DNA from: Myxococcales bacterium
Lineage (GTDB): Bacteria > Myxococcota_A > Polyangia > Polyangiales > DASUME01
Assembly: GCA_047601445.1 (NCBI GenBank)
Contig: JASGJH010000001.1
Coordinates: 8,864,001 to 8,928,000, forward strand
Reading direction: 5' to 3'
Length of the DNA stretch: 64,000 bases
How positions within the stretch are numbered: position 1 is the first letter of the stretch; the number at the start of each line of letters is the position of its first letter. The notes below the pieces were generated by a model, which made no database searches, was not told where the DNA came from, and worked only from the letters and a program-made list of their open reading frames with translations. Shown here one piece after another: positions 10,294 through 19,715 of this stretch. The position numbers and the translations under genes were made by a program.

Positions 10294-10680
10294 ATGGCGA
10301 AGTTTCTGTCGGACGAGTGGTTTGCCAAAGTGCAGCAGATCACCGAAGAGATGGGCGATATCGAGATCCCCGGACCCCTCAAGGATTTGACCCTCAATCT
10401 CACCGTCACGCTGGCCGACGGTACCGAGAAGAAGGTCAACATGAGCGGCGGTCAGTTCGGCCAGGGCCACAAGGCCGGGGCCCCTGTAACCGTGCTTCTA
10501 CCTGCCGATATCGCGAAGAAGATCTTTGTGGATGCCGATCAGCAGGCCGGTATGCAGGCCTTCATGAGCGGTCAGATGCGCGTCGAGGGCGACGTGACGA
10601 AGCTCATGGTCCTGCAGACCGTGCAGCCCAGCGACGACCTCAAGGACCTGATGGCGGACATCCGCGATCAGACCGACTGA
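10294..10680 (+). CDS. SCP2 (sterol carrier protein-2) lipid-binding domain protein
   Basis: FLSDEW N-terminus, MQAFMSGQMRVEGDVTKLM motif, AAGGAG RBS. Confidence 0.85.
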   Translation: MAKFLSDEWFAKVQQITEEMGDIEIPGPLKDLTLNLTVTLADGTEKKVNMSGGQFGQGHKAGAPVTVLLPADIAKKIFVDADQQAGMQAFMSGQMRVEGDVTKLMVLQTVQPSDDLKDLMADIRDQTD

Positions 10681-10698
10681 GCCGACGCACCCCAGGCC

Positions 10699-10737
10699 CA
10701 CGAGCGACGCCCACCCTAGCGGTGGGCGTTCGTGTTT
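10699..10737 (+). terminator. Putative intrinsic terminator after the SCP2 gene
   Basis: Stem acgcccacc-ctagc-ggtgggcgt followed by tcgtgttt. Confidence 0.45.
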
Positions 10738-10856
10738 AAGCCTCCTCTGGGCTTGCAGCTCGTGAGCGCTCGCCCACGGACGCAGGGCAACGCGGCTGCA
10801 TGGGGCACCACCCACGGCGGTCGTGCGGGCGGCTATGCTGGGCGCAGGAGGCTGCG

Positions 10857-11912
10857 ATGGACCTGGAACCACAAGCGTTGGCCGATCGACTTGGCGTGTC
10901 GCGCGCCGCCGTCGAGCTCTATCTCGACAGCCAGGTCGTCGACCTGCACATCGACACGTTCATCTGGCAGCGCTTGTTCGGCTACGACCTCACCAAGCAG
11001 CACGGCACGGGCCCTCTCGGAGCGCGCTTCTTCGGTCAGGCCGATCTGCCGCGCGTATTGGAAGCTGGTCTGGCCGGGGCGCTCTGGATCGTCACGACCA
11101 ATCCTCTGCGAGGGCGGCTCGGCAAGCGTGACGCTGCGCTCGCCAACATCGCGCGTCTGCGCGCCTTGTTGGACCAATCTCCACGGGCAGCCGTGGTCGC
11201 GGGGCTGGCCGAATATCGGGCCGCACGGGCGGCGGGCAAACACGCCGCGTTCATCGGTATCCAGGGCGGGAACGCGCTCGAGTTCGAGCTCGAGGACTTC
11301 GACCGGCCAGAGCTCGCGCAGCTGAGCCTGATCACGCTGCTTCACTTCACGCGCTCCCGCATCGGTGCGCCGGCCTTGCCGCGTGCGCTGGCCTGGGGCG
11401 ATCAGCGCCTTACCGCCTTCGGCCGTGACTACGTTCGCAAGCTCAATCAGCGCCGCATCCTGGTGGACCTTGCACATTTGAGCCGGGATGGTTTCTGGGA
11501 CGCCCTCGAAATCCACGACAAGACCCTGCCGCCCACGGTGAGTCATGCCGGCTGCGATGCCGTGTACCCGCATTTTCGTAACCTCACGGATCCACAGCTC
11601 AAGGCCATCGCGGATCACGGAGGCGTCATCGGCATCATGTTCCAGGCGCAGTTTCTCGGGCCTTCCACCTGGGCGGGCAAGATCGAATGGGTTGCCGACC
11701 ACATCCTGCACGCGGTGCGCGTCGTGGGCGCGGAGCACGTCGCGCTCGGTAGCGACTTCGACGGAGCCATCGTGCCGCCGCCTGCGCTCTCCACCGTCTT
11801 GCACCTGCCACGTCTGGTGGACTTGCTGCTCTCTCGCGGGCTCCCTGAGCCAGCGGTGCGGCAAATCCTCGGGCTCAGCTTTCTGCAGATGCTGGAGCGG
11901 ATCCGGCCCTGA
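10857..11912 (+). CDS. Membrane dipeptidase family (peptidase M19)
   Basis: DLHID, VDLAH, SHAG, RNLTD and GSDFDG motifs. ATG 10857 follows AGGAG. Confidence 0.85.
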   Translation: MDLEPQALADRLGVSRAAVELYLDSQVVDLHIDTFIWQRLFGYDLTKQHGTGPLGARFFGQADLPRVLEAGLAGALWIVTTNPLRGRLGKRDAALANIARLRALLDQSPRAAVVAGLAEYRAARAAGKHAAFIGIQGGNALEFELEDFDRPELAQLSLITLLHFTRSRIGAPALPRALAWGDQRLTAFGRDYVRKLNQRRILVDLAHLSRDGFWDALEIHDKTLPPTVSHAGCDAVYPHFRNLTDPQLKAIADHGGVIGIMFQAQFLGPSTWAGKIEWVADHILHAVRVVGAEHVALGSDFDGAIVPPPALSTVLHLPRLVDLLLSRGLPEPAVRQILGLSFLQMLERIRP

Positions 11913-11926
11913 GGCGAGGCACGTCT

Positions 11927-13123
11927 CTAAGGCGTCGCGGCCAGTGCCGCACAACGGCCCGCCACGTGTTGCGCGTGCACCCCGTCCGGATAGCGCGCCA
12001 GGTAGCGATTGCGCGCGCTCTCGCACGCCCGGCGATCCCCGAGCGCCTCGTGAGCCAGAACCAGGCGCGCCAGCGCGTCCTCGGCGAAGGCCCGGCGCGC
12101 ATCGAGTCTGAGCGCGCGCTCGAGGGCCTCGGCGCCACCCCTGAGGTCGCCCAGCGAGTCCATGCGGATGCGGCCGAGCTCGAACGAGGAGAAGGCAGCG
12201 CGTCGGTCCTTGGGGTAGTCGTTCACCAGCTCGGCGTAGATCTCCGCGGCTTCGCGCAGTCGACCCAGTCGGCGCGCGGCGTTGCCCTGCTCGAAGAGGA
12301 GCAGCGCCGCAGCCTCCTGTTGAGCCCGCGCCTGCTCGCGCTCGCGCGCTTCGGCGGCGCGTGCACGCCGCCGCGCGCGCTTGCTCAGCTTGCGCGCGCC
12401 CGTCCCGCTCCCCTCCCGCGCGCTGTCGACCGCGTCGCCTTCGTCCGCGTTCACATCGCCGTCCACATCGCCCGCGAGCTGGCCCACGTGGTCGTCGAGT
12501 TGCTCGAGCACCGGCTCGGCAGCCACCTGCGGCTCCGCCACGAACGTCGACCAGTGTTCGCCCTCCGAGAGCTGCACCGCCGTGGCGCCCCTGCGATGCA
12601 CCTCGACCGAGCCCTCTTCCACGTCGACGCGGATCTTCTCGCCCCCGGCGCTCGGGCTGCGACGCACGCGGAACTGCGTGCCTGTCACCCGCACCTCCAC
12701 CTCACCGAGCTCCACGCTGAAGCGACGCGACCGTCGCTTGGCCACGTCGAAGCGCGCGCTGCCGGTGCGGATGCTGAGCTTCACCGCCCCCGGCTGGCTG
12801 CTCAAGAGCTCCACTTCCGAGCGCGGCTCGAGCTCGATCAGCGTGCCCTCGGCGAGGCTAAAGTTCACCGGCGCATCGTCGCTCGTGACGAGCGCACCGG
12901 CCCACACGGACGGCGTCTCGGTGCGGGCGCTCGGCCACAGCCACAGACCGGCCACGGCGCACGCGGCGAGCACGACGCCTCCCCAACGCAGCGCGCGCAG
13001 GGCCTGGGCGCGTCGCGCTCCGTGCAGCCCCTCGGCGATGCGATCCCACTGGGCATCCAGGCGGCCCTTGCGCTGTTCGGGAACCACGTAGCTGGCGTGG
13101 TTCTTGGGGACCTCGTGGTTCAT
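11927..13123 (-). CDS. FecR-domain anti-sigma-like membrane protein with C-terminal TPR-like region
   Basis: TM helix, then GSARFDV and VRVTGTQFRV...VEEGSVEV (FecR), then TPR-like helices ending YLARYPDG. ATGA overlap with the sigma gene. Confidence 0.8.
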   Translation of the reverse strand: MNHEVPKNHASYVVPEQRKGRLDAQWDRIAEGLHGARRAQALRALRWGGVVLAACAVAGLWLWPSARTETPSVWAGALVTSDDAPVNFSLAEGTLIELEPRSEVELLSSQPGAVKLSIRTGSARFDVAKRRSRRFSVELGEVEVRVTGTQFRVRRSPSAGGEKIRVDVEEGSVEVHRRGATAVQLSEGEHWSTFVAEPQVAAEPVLEQLDDHVGQLAGDVDGDVNADEGDAVDSAREGSGTGARKLSKRARRRARAAEAREREQARAQQEAAALLLFEQGNAARRLGRLREAAEIYAELVNDYPKDRRAAFSSFELGRIRMDSLGDLRGGAEALERALRLDARRAFAEDALARLVLAHEALGDRRACESARNRYLARYPDGVHAQHVAGRCAALAATP

Positions 13124-13761
13124 GGGCCCGGCTCCCGCGCGCTCGGCGTCGCCACCGCGAGCACGCGCTCGGCGGCCGCCAGGCGCCGCTTCACGGTCGA
13201 GAGCGAGATGCCCAGGGTCTCGGCCGTCTCCGGCAGGCTCATGCCTTCCACACGGTGGAGCACGAGCGAGAGCCGCACCTCGTGGTGCATCGCATCGAGA
13301 CACGAATAGATGCGGGAGAGCTCGGCGCGCGCGTCCGGTGGCGCATCGCTCGAGAGCACCACATCGGGATCGATGGGGGTGCTGCGCCGGATTCCGAGCC
13401 GATTGAGCAGGGCCCGCCGGCGCAGGCGCTTGCTCGCCGTACGCACCACGATGGAACCCAGCCAGGACGCGAAGGCTTGCGGGTTCTCCAGGCGATGCAG
13501 GTTCTTGAGGGCCTCGAGGAAGCTATCCTGGACCAGATCGTCGACCTCGGAGTCGCGCCCCAGCACCCGGAAGGCCAACCCGTTGACCATGCGGGCATAG
13601 CGCCGGAACAGCGCTTCCTGAGCCCACGCTTCGCCTTGCCGAGCTGCGCCCACCAAGGCGGCGTCGGTTGGACCGGGGTTGCCTCCGGGCAAGCTCTTGA
13701 GGGCGCGCACCACGTGAGTTTGTACCACTGGCGGCCGGCGCCGGTTCACGGAGGGCCCCAA
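13120..13761 (-). CDS. ECF RNA polymerase sigma factor (true start may be slightly downstream)
   Basis: DDLVQDSF, FASWL and region-4 HTH (EGMSLPETAETLGISLSTVKRRL). Confidence 0.9.
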   Translation of the reverse strand: MGPSVNRRRPPVVQTHVVRALKSLPGGNPGPTDAALVGAARQGEAWAQEALFRRYARMVNGLAFRVLGRDSEVDDLVQDSFLEALKNLHRLENPQAFASWLGSIVVRTASKRLRRRALLNRLGIRRSTPIDPDVVLSSDAPPDARAELSRIYSCLDAMHHEVRLSLVLHRVEGMSLPETAETLGISLSTVKRRLAAAERVLAVATPSAREPGP

Positions 13762-13859
13762 AGCGAGCGCTTTCGAGCCCCCTTGCGCGCAGGATGTAGG
13801 AGGAATGTCTGCTTTTCACGCCCGAGGCGAGCGCAGCGCTCACGCTGTAACCCGGCGGC

Positions 13860-14402
13860 CTACTTGGACAAAGCCACCGGCTGAATCTCGACGTCGCAGT
13901 TGAGCTCGTCGCACAGCACTTCGAGCTCGGTGCGCAGTCGCTTGACCTGCACGGTCGCCGGCACCGTCATCAGCAGGTCCATGCTGAACAGGGGCGCACC
14001 GGTCTCGGGACGCGGATGGGAGCGCGTCTCGAGCTCCTCCACGTTGATCGCGTGTCGCTGCAACAGGTCCGTGATGCGGTGCACCAAGCCCGGTTGGTCC
14101 ATGGCGTAGGTGCGCAGGCGATAGGGCACGCCCACGGTGGTCGGCCACTTGTCCTCTTGCGCGGTGTTGCCGCGGAAGGTGAGGGCGAGCCCCAGGCTCT
14201 CGGCCACGTTGAGCAGCTTTTCCTGCACGACCTCGACGGTACGCTCCGGGACCTCGGCCAGAAGAATGACCGCGAATTGACCGCGCAGGTTGACCATGCG
14301 CGAGTCGGCCACGTTGACGCCTGCCTCGAACAGCGGTGCTGTCAGTTTTCCGATGAGACCGGGGCGATCGGGCCCCACAGCGGTGATCACGAGCTCTTGC
14401 AT
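13860..14402 (-). CDS. Tandem ACT-domain protein, GcvR-like
   Basis: LVITAVGPDRPGL and YAMDQPGLV ACT motifs. Confidence 0.8.
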   Translation of the reverse strand: MQELVITAVGPDRPGLIGKLTAPLFEAGVNVADSRMVNLRGQFAVILLAEVPERTVEVVQEKLLNVAESLGLALTFRGNTAQEDKWPTTVGVPYRLRTYAMDQPGLVHRITDLLQRHAINVEELETRSHPRPETGAPLFSMDLLMTVPATVQVKRLRTELEVLCDELNCDVEIQPVALSK

Positions 14403-14444
14403 CGGTCCCACTATAACAACCCGTGCGCTAGCGGGCTGAGCAAC

Positions 14445-14948
14445 CTACGGGTCCGGCAACATCTTGGGCACCTTGGGTCTACGCGCCCCCGAGTCCTGCG
14501 CGTCGAGTGGGGTCCAGCTCTGGTCGCTTTCCAGCCGGTAGCTGCCGAGGAATCGATGCGGGGGCTGCCCGCCCCAATCCGCGGGGGCCAGCAAGGACCA
14601 GTACCGCACCTCGTCTCCATCGACATGAGGGCGCGCGTAGAGGTGGTAGGTCTTGCCCGGGTGCCGCACGAAGCGGGCCTCCGCACGGTGCAGCTCGGCG
14701 TTGACGCGTGCCTGCTCGAGCAAGCGCTCGGCCTGACTTCGCAGCGCGGCCATCTGCTCGGCGATCAGTCGGAGCTGAGCGTCCGTGGTGGAAGCAATGA
14801 AGGCATCTGCGTGTTCGATCTCGCGCGCCACATCGACCAGTGACACGGGGCCAGCCAGTCGGCTCAAAGCGTAGGGCGCCGCGCGACCGGGGCCCGCGAA
14901 GGGCCGCTGCTGCGTACCCCGTTCGGGGGCCTGTTCGTCATCGCTCAT
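14445..14948 (-). CDS. DUF2452-like protein
   Basis: Coiled-coil followed by GKTYHLY, SLLAPADWG and GSYRLESDQSW. ATG 14948 chosen because the longer ORF overlaps the opposite-strand gene. Confidence 0.65.
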   Translation of the reverse strand: MSDDEQAPERGTQQRPFAGPGRAAPYALSRLAGPVSLVDVAREIEHADAFIASTTDAQLRLIAEQMAALRSQAERLLEQARVNAELHRAEARFVRHPGKTYHLYARPHVDGDEVRYWSLLAPADWGGQPPHRFLGSYRLESDQSWTPLDAQDSGARRPKVPKMLPDP

Positions 14949-15032
14949 GGGGCTCGATCTGTAGCAGAATCTGGGGTGTCTCCTCGCTACCCCCCCTCTT
15001 GCGTCGCCCAGGCCACGGCTTAAGTTCCAACC

Positions 15033-15731
15033 ATGTACTTCGACCCGATGTATCTCCTGTTCCTGGCCCCCGGCATGCTGCTGAGCCTGTGGGCTAGCTT
15101 CAAGGTGAAGTCCGCGTTCCGCCACTACAGCCAGGTGCCGGCGCAGAGCGGGCTTTCTGGCGCCCAGGCGGCCCGCGAGCTGCTGCGTCAGAAGGGCATC
15201 AACGACGTGACCGTCGAAGAGGTGCAGGGCTTTCTGTCGGATCACTACGATCCCTGGCACAAGGTGCTGAGGCTCTCGCCGGATGTCTTTCACGGTCGCT
15301 CGCTCGCTGCGCTTGGTGTCGCGGCTCATGAGGCCGGTCACGCCATCCAGCACGCCACGGACTATGCGGCGCTCAAGTTCCGCTCCCTGATCGTGAAGCC
15401 TGCGCAGATCGGCTCCAACATCGGCGGCTACTTGTGCATGTTCGGCATCATGCTGGCTTCCACCAAGATGGTCTGGGCAGGCGTCATCCTGTTCAGCGCC
15501 TTCGTGATCTTCACGCTCATCACGCTGCCGGTGGAGTTCAACGCCAGTAGTCGCGCCGTGCAGGTGCTGGAGTCCAGTGGGATGATCACGCGCTCCGAAG
15601 TCGACGGCACGCGCGCCGTGTTGAACGCCGCCGCCATGACCTACGTGGCGGGCGCCATCGCCGCCATCATGCAGCTGCTCTACTTCTTGATCCGCGCGGG
15701 CATCATCGGCGGTGGCCGCCGCGACGACTGA
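15033..15731 (+). CDS. Membrane zinc metallopeptidase, YugP-like
   Basis: SDHYDP, AAHEAGHAIQH (HExxH), TLPVEFNASSRA, AAAMTYVA. Confidence 0.9.
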   Translation: MYFDPMYLLFLAPGMLLSLWASFKVKSAFRHYSQVPAQSGLSGAQAARELLRQKGINDVTVEEVQGFLSDHYDPWHKVLRLSPDVFHGRSLAALGVAAHEAGHAIQHATDYAALKFRSLIVKPAQIGSNIGGYLCMFGIMLASTKMVWAGVILFSAFVIFTLITLPVEFNASSRAVQVLESSGMITRSEVDGTRAVLNAAAMTYVAGAIAAIMQLLYFLIRAGIIGGGRRDD

Positions 15732-15733
15732 AG

Positions 15734-15774
15734 GCGAACCTCGCGACGGGCGGGGAGGTCCCGTGACCTCCCCG
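15734..15774. repeat. Two-hairpin repeat element, internally deleted copy B, between convergent genes
   Basis: gcgaacctcgcgacgggcggggaggtc-ccgt-gacctccccg. Confidence 0.75.
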
Positions 15775-15779
15775 AGAAT

Positions 15780-16625
15780 TCACCGCGGTTCGAGCTCGAT
15801 TTCCATGCCCTCATAGGCGGCACGGGCGCTCGGGAACAGCTTGCGGGTACGGTCGGTCTTGTCCGCCACGTCCTGGTCGTTCTGATCGGGATCGTGGTGG
15901 AAGAGCAAGAGCTCGCCGACGCCAGCGTCACGCGCCAGGGCGGCGCCCACCTCGAAGGTGGAGTGGCCCCAACCGACGCGCGGGACTCCGTCCTTTTTGC
16001 CCGTGTACTCCTCGGGCGTGTACATGCAGTCGTAGATCAGCAGATCTGCACCGCGGGTGAGCTCGAGGATGGCCGGCGGCTGCGGGCCGTCGGGCTCGTG
16101 GTCGGTCAGGTACACGACGGCGCGGCCTCCGTGCTCGACCCGGTAGGCCAGCACGCCGCCAGGATGGTTGCCCGAGGCACAGCGCACCCGGATGCCAGGG
16201 CCGGGCTCGACCACCGCGCCGGAGCTCAGGTCGTGGAACCGAAGGCTGGCCGGGAGCTGGTCCAGTCGCACCGGAAAGCTTGGGCTCTCCATTTGCCCGA
16301 CCATGGCGCTCTCCACGCGGCCGGCGACCTGATCGCCACCGTACATGTGGATCGTGTTGCCTGGCACGAAGGCGGGCCCGAAGAAGGGGAACCCCTGGAT
16401 GTGGTCCCAGTGGACGTGGCTGAAGAACAGGTGGAGCTCGAGCGGCATCTCCTTGGCAATGGCCTTGCCCAGAAGACGCAGACCCGTGCCGCCGTCGAAC
16501 ACCAGCAGGGACTTGCCGCAGCGGATCTCGACACAGCTCGTGTTGCCGCCGATGCCCGCGGTAGAGGTACCCGGCACAGGGACGCTCCCCCGTACTCCCC
16601 AGAACTTGACGCGGATGCCCGCCAA
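15780..16625 (-). CDS. Metallo-beta-lactamase-fold hydrolase (RNase Z/phosphodiesterase-like)
   Basis: FWGVRGS, GGNTSC, DGGTG, SHVHWDHIQG, WGHST, FHHDP. Confidence 0.88.
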   Translation of the reverse strand: MAGIRVKFWGVRGSVPVPGTSTAGIGGNTSCVEIRCGKSLLVFDGGTGLRLLGKAIAKEMPLELHLFFSHVHWDHIQGFPFFGPAFVPGNTIHMYGGDQVAGRVESAMVGQMESPSFPVRLDQLPASLRFHDLSSGAVVEPGPGIRVRCASGNHPGGVLAYRVEHGGRAVVYLTDHEPDGPQPPAILELTRGADLLIYDCMYTPEEYTGKKDGVPRVGWGHSTFEVGAALARDAGVGELLLFHHDPDQNDQDVADKTDRTRKLFPSARAAYEGMEIELEPR

Positions 16626-16763
16626 CCCAAGCCTCCCTAATCAGCCTGCTCGGAAATACGGTACAGGGGTTTGCCCAAGTTCGTCAAACGAACCGCCCCT
16701 TCCCGAGGGGCTCGGGCGCACCGACCGGTGCTCGACCCTCGCTCACCCACCTGCCGGCGCAGG

Positions 16764-17096
16764 TCATTCGGAGCGGACGTCCATGACGCAGCGCTCGAGC
16801 AGTTTGGCTTGCCCTTCGTCGAGGGCGAGGAACTCGAGACCCGCCTCGAACTGGGCGAAGTCGTCCTGGAGGGGACGCACCCAGGCCACCCGCACCGGGA
16901 CGGTCAGCGAGCCGCCATCGGGCAGGAAGAGCTCGATCTCGAGGCGCTTGCCCACCGTGAGTGAGTCATCGGTCAGGATGCGTACCCCGCCCAGGCTGAG
17001 GTCGCGGGCGGGGCTGCGTGGTCCGAACAGGCGCGCGGGGCGGTAGTACACCGGCACACTGAGGCGCGGAAAGCGTCTGCGTTCGTCGGCCCCCAT
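16764..17096 (-). CDS. Stand-alone PilZ-domain protein
   Basis: ERRRFPR (RxxxR) and DLSLGG (D/NxSxxG) motifs. Confidence 0.88.
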   Translation of the reverse strand: MGADERRRFPRLSVPVYYRPARLFGPRSPARDLSLGGVRILTDDSLTVGKRLEIELFLPDGGSLTVPVRVAWVRPLQDDFAQFEAGLEFLALDEGQAKLLERCVMDVRSE

Positions 17097-17132
17097 GTTT
17101 CCAGAAGTAGAACACGAGACAAGCTGCGTTCG

Positions 17133-18935
17133 CTACCAGCGTCGTCCCGAGCGCAAGAGGACCTCTGCGCTGTCTGCGTCTACGGGTGGGGAAAACAGGT
17201 ACCCCTGCGCGCCTTCGCAGCCGAGCTCTCGCAAGCGCGCTAGCTGCGCTTCGGTTTCCACGCCCTCGGCGATGGCGGGTAGCCCGAGTGCCTTCGACAG
17301 GGTGAGGATGGTGCGCACGATCTCGGCTTGCTGCGAGTCGTCCGTAAGGTGCCGCACGAACGTGAGATCGATCTTCAGGCCGTCGACGCGCGCGCGATGC
17401 AAGTAGCTCAACGACGAGTAACCCGTGCCGAAGTCGTCCAGGCAAACACCCACCCCGCGATCGCGCAGCTCGGTCACCAGGCGCCTTCCGTCTTCGGCCT
17501 CGTCGAGCAACAACGACTCGGTGACTTCGAGCGCCAGACACTGGGGCGCTACGCCGGTGCGATCGAGCGCTTGCACGATGCGCTGAAGGAGCTCTTTGTC
17601 CTCGCGTAGCTGCCGGGTGGAGAGGTTCACGTTGATGCGCAGGGGGCGCTCGCTGGGGACCTGATCCTGCCACTTCTTGAGCTGCGTCAGCGACTCGAAC
17701 AGGATCCAAGCACCGAGCTCGCTGATCAGCCCCGTGTCTTCCGCGAGTGGGATGAAGCTGAGCGGCGACACGAAGCCCAGGGTGGGATGGCGCCAGCGCG
17801 CCAGGGCCTCGAAGCCGGTGATGCTGCCCGTCGCGAGGTCGATCATCGGCTGGTAGTGCACCGTGAGTTGGCCGCGCTCCACGGCCCCGCGCAGGGAGCG
17901 CTCCATGGACGTGCGCTCCACGGCCTTGTCATGCATGTCCGGGTCGAACAGCACCGGCCGGCCCTGGCTCTCCGACTTGCTTTCTCGCGCCGCTTCGCGT
18001 GCTCGGCGCAGGATCTCGTGCGCATCGAACAGGGAGCCATCGCCCAGCACCAGGCCGATGCTTGGGCCCTTCATGAGCTCGCTCCCGCTGGTGGGCATGG
18101 GCGCGAGCAGAGCGCGGCGGATGCGTTCACCCACCGCGAGCGCGTCGGCACTTGCATCGGCGTCCTCCAGCAGGAGCGCGAACTCGTCACTGCCAACTCG
18201 CGCGACGGTGTCGCCCGGGCGCACCGAGCTCTCGAGTCGCGTCGCCACCGACAGCAGCAGCTGGTCGCCGATGCTGCGGCCCAGGCGCTGATTGATGGCC
18301 GTGAAGTCGGCCAAATCCACGAACATCACCGCGAAGCGACGGCTCGGGTTGCGGCCTGCGCGGGCCACCGCGTGGATCACACGGTCGAGGAATAGTCTGG
18401 CGTTGGGGAGGCCGGTCAGGGCGTCGCGGAAAGCCGGCTGCAGGCCACTCTCCACGGGTCCTGGCTGGCTGCTCAGATCGGTCCACCACCCCAGCACCCG
18501 GCCGGCCGGCGAGCTATCGACCGTGTCCCGCCGCGCGTGCACCGACACCCAGCGAAACGAGCCGTCCTCGTGCCTCAAGCGATGCACGCATTCCACCCGC
18601 TCCGTGCGCCCCGCCAAATGGGTATCGAGCAGCTCTCTCAGCGCCCCCAAGTCCTCCTGGTGAACGCGTGCGAACCACGCCTCGGAGGGGCACGGGTTGG
18701 GCGCGCCAGCCAGCAACGGCTGGCTGGCGGGGGTGTAGCGCAGGCGGTCGTTCTCGAGCTCCCACACCCAGGGTCCACTGCCCTCGCGCTGCAGGGGATG
18801 CCGCAGATGCTCTTCGAGGGCGAGCTCCGCCCGGGCCGTGCGGCGGGCGAACAGGCTGGCCAGGATGCCCAGTAGGATTAGCGCCAGCCCGCCACAAGCG
18901 ACCCAGATCACTCCGCCCCCATCGCCCATTCCCAC
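17133..18935 (-). CDS. TM-PAS-GGDEF(GSDEF)-EAL c-di-GMP enzyme, probably a phosphodiesterase
   Basis: PAS3 (VHQED...DGSFRW), DALTGLPN, ARVGSDEF, EALARW, LEVTE, DDFGTGYSS, AEGVET. Confidence 0.9.
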   Translation of the reverse strand: MGMGDGGGVIWVACGGLALILLGILASLFARRTARAELALEEHLRHPLQREGSGPWVWELENDRLRYTPASQPLLAGAPNPCPSEAWFARVHQEDLGALRELLDTHLAGRTERVECVHRLRHEDGSFRWVSVHARRDTVDSSPAGRVLGWWTDLSSQPGPVESGLQPAFRDALTGLPNARLFLDRVIHAVARAGRNPSRRFAVMFVDLADFTAINQRLGRSIGDQLLLSVATRLESSVRPGDTVARVGSDEFALLLEDADASADALAVGERIRRALLAPMPTSGSELMKGPSIGLVLGDGSLFDAHEILRRAREAARESKSESQGRPVLFDPDMHDKAVERTSMERSLRGAVERGQLTVHYQPMIDLATGSITGFEALARWRHPTLGFVSPLSFIPLAEDTGLISELGAWILFESLTQLKKWQDQVPSERPLRINVNLSTRQLREDKELLQRIVQALDRTGVAPQCLALEVTESLLLDEAEDGRRLVTELRDRGVGVCLDDFGTGYSSLSYLHRARVDGLKIDLTFVRHLTDDSQQAEIVRTILTLSKALGLPAIAEGVETEAQLARLRELGCEGAQGYLFSPPVDADSAEVLLRSGRRW

Positions 18936-18988
18936 CGATCATACGCCCCCTGGCGCCGGAGGGTAACCGACTTAGATTTGGGAACGGT

Positions 18989-19657
18989 ATGCGGCGTAGC
19001 GAAAAAGCGGAGCGAATCCGCCTCCAGCTCGACGAGCTGTTCCCCGAGGTGCCGATCCCCCTCGATCATCGCGATCCCTTCACGCTGCTCGTGGCGGTGG
19101 TGCTCTCGGCCCAGACCACCGACGCCCGTGTGAACTTGGTTACTCCTGCGCTGTTTGCCCGTGCTCCCACGCCCGAGGCCATGAGCCATCTGAGCGTCGC
19201 GCAGATCCTGGCGTTCATCCGCACCTGCGGGCTGGCCCCATCCAAGGCCAAGAACCTGTTGGCGCTCTCGCAACTCTTGCTGGAGCGTCACGCGGGAGAG
19301 GTGCCGAGGACCTTCGAGGAGCTCGAGGCGTTGCCCGGGGTCGGACACAAGACGGCGAGCGTGGTGATGTCCCAGGCCTTCGGCGTGCCTGCCTTCCCCA
19401 TCGACACGCACATCCATCGGCTCGCCGAGCGCTGGGGGCTCTCGGACGGCAGCAACGTCGTGAAGACGGAGCGGGATCTCAAGGCGCTCTACGCCGCGGA
19501 GCATTGGAACAAGCTGCACCTGCAGTTCATCTACTTCGGGCGCAGCTATTGCCCCGCCCTGCGCCACGACGCGGTCCGCTGTCCTGTCTGCAGCTGGGCC
19601 GCCCCCTCGCGTCGGCGCGGCGCAGCGAGCAAGCGGCGAGTTGCCGACCGCGCGTGA
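18989..19657 (+). CDS. nth: Endonuclease III
   Basis: LVAVVLSAQTTD, HhH LPGVGHKTA, DTHIHR. Atypical C-terminal Cys spacing. Confidence 0.9.
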   Translation: MRRSEKAERIRLQLDELFPEVPIPLDHRDPFTLLVAVVLSAQTTDARVNLVTPALFARAPTPEAMSHLSVAQILAFIRTCGLAPSKAKNLLALSQLLLERHAGEVPRTFEELEALPGVGHKTASVVMSQAFGVPAFPIDTHIHRLAERWGLSDGSNVVKTERDLKALYAAEHWNKLHLQFIYFGRSYCPALRHDAVRCPVCSWAAPSRRRGAASKRRVADRA

Positions 19658-19715
19658 GCCGCGCTACATGGTGCGAAGCCAGCGCGAAGCGCGCGTTGGA
19701 ATTGGAGAGCGACAC

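Noticed and set aside
14949..15353. N-terminal extension of ORF 14445..15353
   Set aside because: It overlaps the well-supported zinc peptidase on the opposite strand.
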